Assembly (NCBI RefSeq): GCF_021869535.1
Contig: NW_026262581.1
Coordinates: forward strand, 30,566,001-30,630,000
From: Mytilus californianus
Taxonomy: Eukaryota
Reading direction: 5' to 3'
Length of the DNA: 64,000 bases
Positions 36,440-48,350 of this stretch are shown here, one piece after another. The notes beneath the pieces were generated by a model. That model worked only from the letters and a program-made list of their open reading frames with translations, was not told the origin of the DNA and searched no databases. The first letter of the stretch is position 1; the number at the start of each line of letters is the position of its first letter. Position numbers and translations under genes: made by a program.

Positions 36440-39400
36440 TTATGACAATATATGTGATCTAATTTTCCAAGCTGCGTTTAAATAATTGCATAGTTTTACT
36501 GTCAGAGATTTACAATGAGCTTGTAATAAATTGTCTAACTTGTACCGATTTGGCCAAGAATAATAAAATTTAGGTAAAAATTCTAGTCGCACAGATCTAT
36601 ATGCTGGACATGATAAAACAAAATGATATTCGTCCTCTAAAACATTCATATTGCAACATATACAAATTCTATTTTCTCTTTGAATATTTAGATAACGACC
36701 AACTTCAACATTTAATTTTAAATTTAAATTTTCTCAAAATATGCAATGGCAAATGCCCAAGTTCACCATATAAAAAATTTGTAGGGACTTTCTTGCCAAG
36801 TTTTAAAACAAATCTACAAAATCTATTATGTATAAGCTCTATATCACCAGCACGATGAAAACCCCATATTTCAGCCCCATAACTTAAAACGGATCCAACC
36901 ATACTATCGAATAGAAAAATCTGTTGTTCAGTAGTCAGATACAATTGTTTCAAAGAATTTATAAGTGAAGACAACGCTCTTGAACCTTGCTGAGATAAAC
37001 GCTTTTGAGTTTGCAAAAATTTTCCATTATAGTGGAGCAACACACCGAGGTATACATAGGAGTTCACAATTTCTAATTCTCTGTCATTGTAATAAAAACG
37101 ATTTACCACAGGCCTCCATCCATTTCGAAAAACAATAACCTTTGTCTTTTCCGTGTTCACTTCTATGTTCCATTTATTACAATATAATAGTAATTTATCA
37201 AGTAAATGCTGCAACACATTCGGTGATTTTCCAAAAAGTACAGTATCATCAGCAAATAAGATCAAATATATTAAAAATCCACTTAGAGACACAATGTTAT
37301 TATCTGATTCAACGGAAATATCTTGAATAATGTCGTTGATAAAAAACAAAAACAGCAAAGGAGATAGAGGTTCCCCTTGTTTTACACCAAGAAAATTATC
37401 AAACGCATCTGACAGCACTCCTCCGGATCGTACACGAAGACGCACTGATGAATATAAAGTTTTAACAATAGATACAAATTTATTACTTATGCCATTATTT
37501 AGCAGTTTGTATATTAAAATTCTTCTGTGTAGCTTATCAAAAGCCTTACGAAAGTCCACGAAGGCACAAAACAGCTGAAGTTTGTGTACTAATACATGTG
37601 TTATAATTCCATGCAATGTGAAAATGGCATCTACAGTTGAACGACCAGGACGAAATCCAAACTGATTGTCTATTAATTTCTGTTCGTCCTCCGACCATGA
37701 AAGCAATCGTTCCGTTAGTATGCTAGTAAAAATCTTAGAAAGAATGCTTACTAATACTATTGGCCTGAAATTGTTTGGGTCCGACAAGTCACCGCTTTTG
37801 GGTACAGGGATAACTATACATTCGGTCCAATTATCTGGATATATTCCATTGTCATACATAGAGTTGAAAAGAATTTTAAAAATAGGCGCAAAGAAAAGAG
37901 GATTTGCAGCTATCATTTCACCAATTATATCGTCACTTCCCGAACTTTTGCCTGTTTTAAGTTTCTGTATAGCTTTTTTAATTTCATCTTCTGTAATTTC
38001 GGAATCAAGAATATCAATACTTATGTCACCAAAGTCGGTATTGTTTAATAAATGTAAAACTTCATCACAAAGTTCTGGAGGGTCCGATCCCAAAATCTTT
38101 TCAAAATAGTTCAACATTTCATCATTTTCAACTAAACATTTTGATCTGTTTTTCGGTTTTACAGCGGATTAAAACTTTCTAGGTTCCCTTTTTGCAATAT
38201 TACAAAGTTCAAGGCCTTTTCTTTTTTTGTAGTTAAACTGTGCATTACGTTTAGCCTTATTAAATTTGTTTCTAGTCGTAACATAGGAATGTCTATTTGT
38301 GTCTGTCGGATGACGCATATAAAAATTTCTCGCAGTGTGAAATTCTATTCGAGCGTTTGAACATTTCTCGTTAAACCATTCGTTATTTGGTCGTTTAACA
38401 TATATATCGTCTCGAATTAAAATGGTGTGTCCAAAAACTTTAAATGCACTTTCGTAGATAGTTCGGGTTATCTCCTTCACTGCGTTATTAATATCAATTT
38501 CGGAAGTTACATTATTCACCAAGCTCAATAGGTTGTCACAGTGAGACTGTAAAATTTGAATATACTCATCGCATCTATTGTTGTCCCATTTGATGAATTT
38601 ATGAATTTGGGGGAGATTTTGTTGACGAATGACAGATAAGTCTAGTTCGAAGTAAATAGGCATGTGATCAGAAAACTCGTTCATAGGTAGCACTATAAAG
38701 TCATTTATTAATCTACATTCGCTCTGGGGCACGAGTAGATAGTGACTGTCATTTACACTTCTTCCTTTGGCCGTACAGAACGTAAAATTACCATCTTTGT
38801 CATTACAAAGTCTGCCATTGGCTACAACTAAACCCGTGTTAAAACACATTTGTACCAGTTTACGGCCAAACGCATTAACGATTTTGTCCATTGATTGTCT
38901 ATCATAAATGATAGGGTTAACAACGTGCTCAACACTTTCAACATATTTATCTAGATCATCATTGAGTAAAAAATCACTTAATTCACCTATGCGGCTATTT
39001 AAATCTCCACATACCATAACAATACCTTTATCACTATAGTTATTTACAATACTTTCAATAATGTCGTGAAAATCTATATCACATAATTGGTAATAATTAG
39101 ATCTTTCATGTGGTACATAAGAAAAACAAATAAAAATATCTTTATCAGTAGCAAAGAAATTATGATCAAGTTTTAACAGAATAATACCATCATTTAATTC
39201 TTTTTCAACAATTATACCGTTACACAAAAAACTTTTACAAAATACAGCAATACCTCCTTCATTTCTAGTACCAATATTTTTATTACGAAATACACAAGAA
39301 ATTCTTTCAAAACCATCTATAACTATCAAGTTATTTTCTTTTAGCCAGGTCTCACTGAGAAATAAAATATTGTAATCATTAATTAAGTTCAAAAAGTCAT

Positions 39401-39479
39401 TATCTTTGTAGACCGACGTCAATCCATGAACATTCCAACATAAACATTTTAATTTACAAAATTGTTCTCTGGGTTTGTC
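36440..39479 (-). pseudogene. LINE ORF2 (AP endonuclease, reverse transcriptase, CCHC knuckle), disrupted
   Basis: APE motifs: CWNVHGL, FLSETW, CGDLNSRIG, SDHMPI. RT motifs: FRPIVL, QFGFRPGRST, FVDFRKAFD, GVKQGEPLSP, LFADD, YLG. C-terminus: CICCNMNVLEDEYHFVLSC. There is an in-frame TAA at 38171-38169 (RKF*S, where FW is expected) and an apparent internal deletion with frame change near 36720. Confidence 0.93.
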
Positions 39480-40664
39480 CTATGGCAAATATTCCTTCCC
39501 ATTTACAAATATACGGTCTTTCACAAAGTAAGCCTTGATGTCCCGCTCTCGTAGGTTCTTTAGGATCGGCAGCTTTTCTTTTCTTCGTTTCTGAATATCC
39601 AAAGGTAATTGTTCTGAAATACCGAAACCTGTTTCTTTTAAATTTTTTGCGCTTTTTTTCACCAAATCCCGGCTTTCAAAATTTGAAAACTTTACTAGTA
39701 TCGGACGAGTCTTCTCACCATGCTTTCCTAGACGATAGGCCTCAGCAATAGATAACTTTGTAGCCACATTTTCAATTTTCAGACTTTCGTAACAAAATTT
39801 GTTTATAATTTGGGTACAGTGTTCACCTTCCGATTCCGGGATATTGTAAAATATCAGGTTATTCCGCATGGACCTCATTTGGACGTCTATTAACTCGGAC
39901 TTCAGTTTTGTATTTTCTTTCCGAATGTCATCTAAAGTTTCTCCTAATCTATCGACAGAATGTGTTCCCTCTGATTTAATATGCTTCGAAATATTATCAA
40001 GTTCGGTTTTAAATTTAGAAAAAACAACTTTCTGAGTATCAAAATCGTTGCTTATTAGCTGGGAGCTTCTTTCTACCTGGTCCATTCGATCGTCTATCGA
40101 TTTGGCATTTTGTTCCAGTTTAATAACTTTAGAATTTATAGACGTAACTAACGAGTCAATTTGATCGAGCTTGCACAATTTAATTTCAAAGTTATCCATT
40201 TTTCGGAACAGTTCGTCAACCCAACCTGGCCTTTGATCTGGAATTTGTTGGGCGAGAGGTGATGTGTGATGTACTTGGTGTATTGGAAACGACATCATAC
40301 CGGGGTTAGGTGTAGAGCAAAGATGTTGACTCTGGTTCTGCATTTGGAACATCGGACTGGGGTTTTGTGAATACATTAAATTTGTATCGTTAACATAACG
40401 TGGTTGATCATTAAAGCTAGACATTAAATTCACATTGTCTACTGTAGAAGAAGTTTGATTGTTTACATTTCGAAAGTCACCTGAACCATTCAAGTGTTCA
40501 CTTTTGTGTTCACCTTTGTTTACGTTTGACGACTTGTTTTTATTCCTTTGTTTACTTTTCTTTTTGGACGGTTTTTTCTCAACTGATTCATCAAAAACAG
40601 TATTATCACTTGTGTTGCTATAACTGTTACTGTTATTTGTTCGTTTGATACCTCTGCGAGGCAT
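39480..40664 (-). CDS. LINE ORF1p (coiled coil plus RRM/CTD, L1-ORF1/Transposase_22-like), intact 394 aa
   Basis: Low-complexity basic N-terminus, heptad-rich middle, then RSMRNNLIFYNIPE...AYRLGK...RPILVKF...ISEQLP...RRK...AYFVKDRIFVNG. Confidence 0.88.
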   Translation of the reverse strand: MPRRGIKRTNNSNSYSNTSDNTVFDESVEKKPSKKKSKQRNKNKSSNVNKGEHKSEHLNGSGDFRNVNNQTSSTVDNVNLMSSFNDQPRYVNDTNLMYSQNPSPMFQMQNQSQHLCSTPNPGMMSFPIHQVHHTSPLAQQIPDQRPGWVDELFRKMDNFEIKLCKLDQIDSLVTSINSKVIKLEQNAKSIDDRMDQVERSSQLISNDFDTQKVVFSKFKTELDNISKHIKSEGTHSVDRLGETLDDIRKENTKLKSELIDVQMRSMRNNLIFYNIPESEGEHCTQIINKFCYESLKIENVATKLSIAEAYRLGKHGEKTRPILVKFSNFESRDLVKKSAKNLKETGFGISEQLPLDIQKRRKEKLPILKNLRERDIKAYFVKDRIFVNGKEYLP

Positions 40665-41121
40665 ATTACCATAAAATTTTCACATTTTCTTTCTCTCATG
40701 AAAAACACTGCCGTCCTCCATTTGTCACATCGATATTTAAAAACATGATTTACCTAGCTAATCAAATGAAAAAAACTCACGGGAAAATGGCCCTACCTCA
40801 AAGTTTGAAGAAAAACAATATTTTACCTTCCTACCTAACCTACTCTAGTTTAATATATTCTACATTACGGCAGGGAACCAGTATGTACATTTTGGGGCCT
40901 AACTGTAAAAATCCTCTCAGGTTTAGGAAATCACCACAGGAATTAAACACAAGCTCTAGAATATAGTATCATATTGGTGATACTTTATTTATTCCATAGC
41001 CATGATAGTAGATGTCGGCTTTTAAATTCTCCTTGCATATGTTAAACATGTATGGCTCAAAACTTATTTACCATACAGATAATATTCGCTTATAGGTTTA
41101 GTGTTTGCCATTCTATAGACC

Positions 41122-41525
41122 ATAAGAAGATGTGGTATGAGTGCCAATGAGACAACTCTCCATCCAAGTCAAAATTTATAAAAGTAAACCATTATAGGTC
41201 AAAGTACGGTCTTCAACACGGAGCCTTGGCTCACACCGAACAGTAAGCTATAAAGGGCCCAAAACATTACTAGTGTAAAACCATTCAAACGGGAAAACCA
41301 ACGGTCTAATCTATATAAAAAACGAGAAACGAGAAACACTTATGAACCACATCAACAAACGACAACTACTGAACATCAGATTCCTGACTTAGGACAGGTG
41401 CAAACAAATGCAGCGGGTTTAAACGTTTTTATGGTACCAAACCTTCACCCTTTTTCTGAAGCAATAGTGTAACATCACAACATAGAAAGACACACTATAA
41501 AATATCAACTGAAATAGCTTAACTC
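41122..41525 (+). mobile_element. High-copy interspersed repeat, family B (shares its 5' end with family A)
   Basis: aagatgtggtatgagtgccaatgagacaactctccatccaagtc...gcagcgggtttaaacg. Highly similar copy at 54413-54795. Confidence 0.85.
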
Positions 41526-44500
41526 AATCAAAGGACATATTAACACCAGTGAACATACACTGAACAAATAAATTTGACCTATGATACAATGTAAATACGA
41601 AATGAATAAACTAAGGGAAGAATAATAAAAGTAACATGTTATATCGGTATGAAATGTTGAACAATTTAAGAAAAACAATATGCTCGAACAAAAATATCAG
41701 CCATTTGGAATAACTATTAACTTTAAACACAGGTAAAAGAAACTTAATTTTGTTGTTAGGTATACGTGTACAGTTCCAATAGAGAAAGGAAATATTTTTA
41801 CAAAATAAATAATTTTGATTTTCATAGTACGAAGTGAAAATTTATAGTAATACCAAACACTTATCAAAGCTGGTATATAGACCAGATAAAACCCTGAATA
41901 ACATTAAATAACAAAAAAGCATTACAATTAGTATCAACAGGTCAAATAAACAAGAAAGTACGATTTGAGAGTACTCGCAGTTACTGACAGCTAGTTAAAA
42001 GCCAAAACAATTAATAATTAAAAATCATGTATCAGAGACTCAAATCAACTAAAACACATCCCAGGGATTTAGTATTTTAACGTCATGGACAGTCAAAGAA
42101 GACAGGACTTGTGCAATGCCAAAAATAAATGTATCGACAGACAGTAGGATAGTAAGTATTTCTTAATTTCCTTGTACGTTAATTTGATTCCTATATAACT
42201 TTTTATATCTCAATCAAATATTTATGATATTGCCATATGCGCTTTTAAACTTTAATCTAAGATTTTACAACTATTACCAAATAAGAAATACATCACGATT
42301 AGATTCACACGATGTTTATGACTCAAAAAAAATAAATTTCTGCAATGAAATGCTTGGTTAATTTCCTACAACTGTCAAATTCAAGGGAATATTTTTTTCG
42401 ACCCTTTTTTCGTACGAAACCGGATGTGATGTACTATGTTTTGGTGGTATGACACCTAGAAGGCGGTTTGAGGAATGTCTGCTTAGACACAAACATATTG
42501 GATGCCCCAGTGGACTATAACATATATGGTTGTCTTCTCTTCGTTTAAAGAAGTAATAGGTAACGGAAAAGTCAAATCTTACATACACTAGAAAGGTCAT
42601 GGTAATTAGAAAATGGCGACGGAATGTAACAAAGGTAGAATCAAAACCCAAAAGTCAAAGAGAGACCGAAAAAACCATGGCAAAAAAACCCGAAAAAACG
42701 ACGGAAAGACAAACAGCAGTAAAAAAAAAAACAACACTAGATTTTGTAATTAAGACAAAATCGTAAAACCATTCCTTCGCGTGTAATTGATCTGTTTTTG
42801 AAAATAACAATAAGGGACAAAAAAATGGGGCCAGACCTTGCGAATGCTAGGAAATAGGTTTGGGCGTAGAAATCGCAAATGTAAGTCCCTTTATAGTAAT
42901 ACTATGACCATTTATCACAAAAGAGAGACTGGGTATAATAGCCCTCACAAGGACAACAACATATATTGATCACTAGAAAAAGTTTAATCATGACATTTGA
43001 GAATATGTATTCACAATTTATGTTATATGGGACAATGCATGATCCCCGTAGGATAAAACCTATGATGCACCAAAATGACCTTATCATGACACTTAAGACT
43101 ATATATGGTTAAGGATGGGTACCAGGTCGGTTTTTGAGATATTTCGCGTATAAATAAACGAGTTGACGGTTCATCTTCCCCATATTCAAACCTAAAGAGC
43201 CCAGACATGTCTTACTACGACAAACAAGAATATAACGATCAACTATTTGACGTTCAGTTCAAAGGTCAAGGTCAGGGACATTTGGAATGGTATTTGAAAA
43301 TTTATCTTGAGGTAATGTTTATATATACATGTGTCAAATGTTATATAAAAAACCTACGTCAAAAGATAAAAATTCCCCGGACAAATAAATGTTAAAAACA
43401 TGGTATTTTTCAAACGTTACATGAAGTTCATAATCATGATGCAAACCTTACGTTTTATGATAATACACATTTAAAGCAAATATCATGAGTCTGTGTCAAA
43501 AGATAAAAATATGACAAGGACGAGGTCAAATGAGAACTAGAAGAATGTATTATTACTAACCTTTTAATGGATGACATCCAAATACGAAACTTGGAAGTAC
43601 TTCAATGTTTGGTTTTAAACGAAGCTTTATACAGGGACTCTTTGTAAGATACAATCAATAGATAAGTTCTGTCAGTGTGTTAGATCATTGAAGTTATACT
43701 TAAGAGTTACGACTTAGATATTACAAAAATTTGCATTAAAAAGAAACGGCACCACGACATCAATGCGCCTAGCATATCAAATGTATTATTCCTGTCTTTG
43801 ATAATTAATATCTATTCATCGAAATGAAAGATGAAAAGGAATAAAATAGTGGGTACATGACGGATTCTAATAAATTGATAATTCAAATCTAGGGATTACT
43901 TAAGAAGCTTGTGTAATCGCAAAGACCACGTGTTGTACTAGAAAATTGCACTATGATCTTTACATATTAATTACTAGTGCTTAAGGCAGACCAATTCAAG
44001 GTAGTATATATCAATTATTATATGAAAAATCACGAGCGTAAGCTCATTGAAACAGCAACCCAATGCAAAAAAAAAAAAACAACAATAAGGTCAACATATA
44101 ATACAGTCTTTAACAATGGACAGCTGCAGATGTTATATAACCAAATTTCTAGTTCTAAATCGTCCCAGTGCAGGTAAATAGATAAAACAAAAACAATTAA
44201 AGATCTGCAATAATTACCCAATTCTCTAAAAAAAAAAAGAGCGCTATTGGAACATTTTATACAAAATTACAAATTTTATATTTTTGTTTGCTTAAAACTG
44301 CGAAGGACGTCTAGCCACAAAAGTTTGTAAGTTGTGGAAACCTATGTCTTGCATGCGACTTCTGTTGTTAGTGTACTAATGTATTGTTGACTGCTACAAA
44401 ACTAAGTCCATTTATCAGTCAGATATACAGAAAAATTAATGAGAAAAAATATTTTGCTCCAGAGGTTGTCTATGAAGAAGTTTACATCCCAGCTTTGTAC

Positions 44501-44552
44501 AGTTCAATGAAGGTTTGACAAAATAATAGATGTCTAAAAAAGGAATCAGGAC

Positions 44553-44672
44553 AACCTGCGGCTCTTTTCACAAAAAAACTTAAGAGTAAAAATACTCGTA
44601 AGTCATACACATTTCAGTATAACTTACGATCAATTTTTATCGTAAGATTTTTTGTGAAAAGAGCCGCAGGTG
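44553..44672. mobile_element. ~120-bp palindromic MITE-like element
   Basis: acctgcggctcttttcacaaaaaa (44554) pairs with ttttttgtgaaaagagccgcaggt (ends 44671). The inner arms tcgtaagt.atac and gtataacttacga also pair. Confidence 0.8.
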
Positions 44673-44756
44673 CAAAATTACGGAGCAACTGAGCAGGGTT
44701 AATTAGGGACAGGTAGGTACATTTTTTTGGGCTTTTTATCTTATAGAACTTACCAA

Positions 44757-44838
44757 CGACGTCACAATATAAGTGGGAAAGTTAGAAGCGACGTCACAGT
44801 GTAAGTGGGAAAGTTATCAGCGACGTCACAGTATGAGT
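44757..44838. repeat. 32-bp tandem repeat, ~2.6 copies
   Basis: cgacgtcaca at 44757, 44789 and 44821. taagtgggaaagtta occurs in units 1 and 2. Confidence 0.9.
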
Positions 44839-45591
44839 ACTTTATTTCGGTAGGACAACCAAGCGTACAAATGACTAGAGTTGATCGGGTAATTACCGTA
44901 TATACTAGTATTACATTTCGCTAGTTTTTATGATAAAATTGAGAAATGTAATGTGTTTTTATATTATTTACTGATCATAAGATATTTATAACCTTGTATG
45001 TTTACGTGTTTACGATCTTCTATCATAGAATAGTTTTGTTTGCGGGCGTTTTTTTGAAAGATGATCTTGTTCAAAAAGTCACCAGATTCTAAGTTTGGCT
45101 TATTTAATGTAAGATCTTTATACTTTAATCGAAATTTAGAAAACTGATGGAAACTGAATGACAGATATTTTTCCATGTAGTATAAGTGAAAACATTTCCT
45201 TTAAAACGGACTGGGAGTGGGTGTACCCATATAATGTCAAAGTACCATCGTATAATGTTGAAGTACCATCATATAATGAAAGTTTTTAACATAAGGCAGT
45301 TACGGCGTTCCATAGTGTACGTTATATATATTACCCTACATGATATTTTACAAACGTAAGGAGTCTAATATCGTACACGTCAGCTTTTTGCGTGAACCCC
45401 TGAGGATTCACGCATATTAATTAGTTAGAAATATAGTCTATGGAGGAATATTCGGAAGCTAAAATAAAGTTGACAGTTGCAACGTTTGATAAACAAGTGA
45501 AAGTTAAATGGTCAAGATTTAACGACCTATGGTATCGAACATACGCCAGATATCAATGGTGTTGTGGTTTCTACATAATGAGTTCTATATA

Positions 45592-45879
45592 TAAAAAACA
45601 AGATGAGGTATGATTGCCAATTAGACAACTCTCAACAAGAGACCAAATGACACAGAAATTAACAACTATAGGTCACCGTACGGCCTTCAACAATGAGCAA
45701 TGCCCATATCACACAGTCAGCTATAAAAGGCCCCGAAATGACAATGTAAAACAATTCAAACGAGAAAACTAACGGCCTAATTTATGTACAAAAAATGAAC
45801 GAAAAAACAAATATGTAACACATAAACAAACGACAACCACTGAATTACAGGCTCCTGACTTGGGACAGGCACATACATA
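45592..45879 (+). mobile_element. Family A repeat, interrupted by the TA-flanked MITE at 45880
   Basis: Colinear with 19204-19490. The host sequence cacata...cagaatg resumes at ~46334. Confidence 0.85.
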
Positions 45880-46332
45880 CAGGTTGCATTTCTGTAAATA
45901 TAGACAATGCAATTTCCCATGGGAACTCCCTTTGCGGCTGAAACTGTGACACTTTTACTATGAAGTTTCGTGAAAAATAATATCCCAGAACGGAAAGTTT
46001 ATATGCACTATACTATTTTATTCAAAGGTCAAAATATAGGGCTGTGCGGCATATTTTCAACATTTATATGCCCTGAACTTCTAAGAGTTTAAACTTGTAC
46101 TAAAATTCTATACTACCCTTACCTCCATATTTGGACCTCCTAAGAATTAAAATTTAGGCGCTACCATGTTTTTCTATACTGGTTACATTCCCAAGTGATG
46201 TCTCTATGAGATGAAACACAGAGATCATAAATGGGAACCAGTACGTTAACAAATTAACATATCTATGAATATTATATATCTCCCTAAAAGAGGCGTGGTT
46301 TGAGAAACAGCTGTATTTACAAAGTGCAACCT
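45880..46332. mobile_element. Non-autonomous Tc1/mariner-pogo-like element (TA target)
   Basis: Left end caggttgcatttctgtaaatatag versus the reverse complement of the right end, taggttgcact-ttgtaaatacag. TA lies at the left junction and the right end is slightly eroded. Confidence 0.65.
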
Positions 46333-46929
46333 ACAGAATGCTTTGGTTTGTAACAATAAATTTTATGCACATGTCATTTTGACAAATCAGATAAACAAAA
46401 ATGTCCGTTTCAAAAACTGAAAATAAAACAAATAAAATAAAGACTGTTTGTTAAAATTCCCAGGAAATAATCATATTCTTAATAATAAAAAAATATATTA
46501 TATACTTTTTAAATAAGGAAATAGATTTAACAATTGCATGTTAATCTTTCATGAGGTCTTTAAGAAATATGTTATGCAAAAGAAAAAAATACAAATACAC
46601 AAAACAATTAACTCTAGATTTTTACACTGAATAAGCATACAATGGATTCTGTAAACATTGAAAAGTTAGAAAAAGAGTGTATTTGATCTTACGTTCGGGT
46701 ATTTGTTTAAGCAATTATATATCAATATAAGAATAAAGATTGAAAATACATAATATACTGAGACCAACATTCTTTTAATGAATATATCTGAATTTATGAA
46801 ATTGTGTTTTAAAGTTAAAAATTATTATGAAATGCGGTTCCTTCAACCAACATACGTAATAAATCTCAAGACTTTAAACCGTTTTTGCTAACTAAATAAA
46901 TGTTTGTTGCCTATAATTCAGAATTTTAT

Positions 46930-47330
46930 CAGTGTTTCGGGATTTTTTGCTTAAAATTGTTTAAGCATGGGTCCCTTTTCAAAAGTCTCCCAACTACTAC
47001 CTCGCAAGGTATTCCTGTGGGCATGCGTTTATATGCTTTTTTGACCTCGTGTGACTCAATTTTATTAATGAAATCTTTTGTATCTCGAATGTAAAAGTTA
47101 AGCCTCTTCAATAATGGTTTTATAATTAGATCAAGAAATCTCTCAATGCGTCTCGTGGGAGAGTTACACTTATTGATAATTGGTCGGTAAGGAACATTTA
47201 ATGTCTCCTACTATCTGACCAGTTCGCAATGTCTCATTAATTATGTCTAGATTTATTTTATGAATTTTTGAAAGAAGGTACATGTTTTGAATCATTATCA
47301 TTCTTTGGGAATGTATACGTCTGGGAATCC
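46930..47330 (-). pseudogene. Penelope-like element RT N-terminal relic
   Basis: MYLLSKIHK, then after a frameshift VPYRPIINKCNSPTRRIERFLDLIIKPLLKRLNFYIRDTKDFINKI. This follows the PLE pattern YxLPKIHK...RPII...YIKDTxDF. Confidence 0.65.
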
Positions 47331-47335
47331 ATTTC

Positions 47336-47883
47336 TTTTTATGCCCCCTACGTAGCGGTGGGGGCATTACGTTTTACCCTTAAATGAGTTGGTTTCCGTT
47401 CTCTAACTTAAGTTTGCCTCAAACAAATGTTATGAAACTTATACACAATGCTTATTACCACAAAATACAGATCAAGTTCGAAATTGGTGGCGTCACTTTA
47501 ACCGTTCTAGAGTTATGCCCCTTTTCAAATGAAAATTGCTGAATTTTTCATTTCCGTTCTCTACCTTTAGTTTTCCTCAACCAAATGGTATGAGACTTAT
47601 ACACAATGCTTATTACCACAAAACACAGATCAAGTTAGAATTTTGGTTGTGTAACGTTTACTGTTCTAGAGTTATGCCCCTTTACAAACATAAAAGTTTC
47701 CGTTCTCTTACTTAAGTTTGCCTCAACCATATATTATGAAACTTATACACAATACCTATTACCACAAAAGTCAGATCAACTACAAATTTGGGTAGTGTCA
47801 CTTTTACCGTTCTTCAGTTATGTTTTTAAAACTGTATATGAACTGCAAGCAGGGGCATCATGTGTGTCCCATGGACACATTCC
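47336..47883 (+). mobile_element. HINE / Helentron-derived element with 3 cores (~146-158 bp)
   Basis: 5' tttttatgccccc...gggggcatt hairpin. Cores start with tttccgttctc at 47393, 47551 and 47697. The 3' end has aggggcatca plus a tgtgtcc-cat-ggacaca hairpin and a T-run. Confidence 0.82.
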
Positions 47884-48350
47884 CTTTTTATTTTCATCTC
47901 ACTTTATAATTAACACCACTCTCATATTGTCATGATTTACAATAATTTAAAAAGAAAGTATCATCCTCCACACACATGGCCATGAAAGCACTGAGATATA
48001 ATTTTTAATTTAGTTGAATTAATAAATAGCATAAAAAAGTTCTAAGGTTCACGTATTGTCTTTTTTTCTTTAAAGCAACTTGTAAACATGTTAGTTTTGA
48101 TTGAGTGATAAAGAGACGTACAATATTGACTTATCTTTACTTATATCTATGATTTTTGTTAAATTATCAAATTAATTGCAAAATAAAACAAACAGAAAAA
48201 CCCCTAAAACAACATCAATTCGATCTGGGGAAAAAGAGGTCATGATCAAAAATATGTTATTTTCGATTCTATGAACCACATGTTGGCTGCCAAATGCTTA
48301 AGGGAAGACAGAAATGTGCATGTCTTCAAACTGTTTCTCGTTAATTGTGA

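Larger units (their letters stand above)
36310..40720 (-). mobile_element. Near full-length APE-type non-LTR retrotransposon (RTEX/CR1-group-like, clade not determined)
   Basis: ORF1, then APE, RT and a C-terminal CCHC motif. The 3' end is AATAAA followed by (ATTC)n (plus strand gaattgaatgaatgaatgaatactttatt, ~36311-36339). No TSD found and the 5' boundary is approximate. Confidence 0.93.

Noticed and set aside
36601-38109. Plus-strand ORFs of 62-147 aa
   Set aside because: They are antisense shadows of the LINE RT frame.
36290-40760. Target-site duplication for the LINE
   Set aside because: No convincing direct repeat was found between the flank beyond the (ATTC)n tail and the region upstream of ORF1, so the 5' boundary remains approximate.
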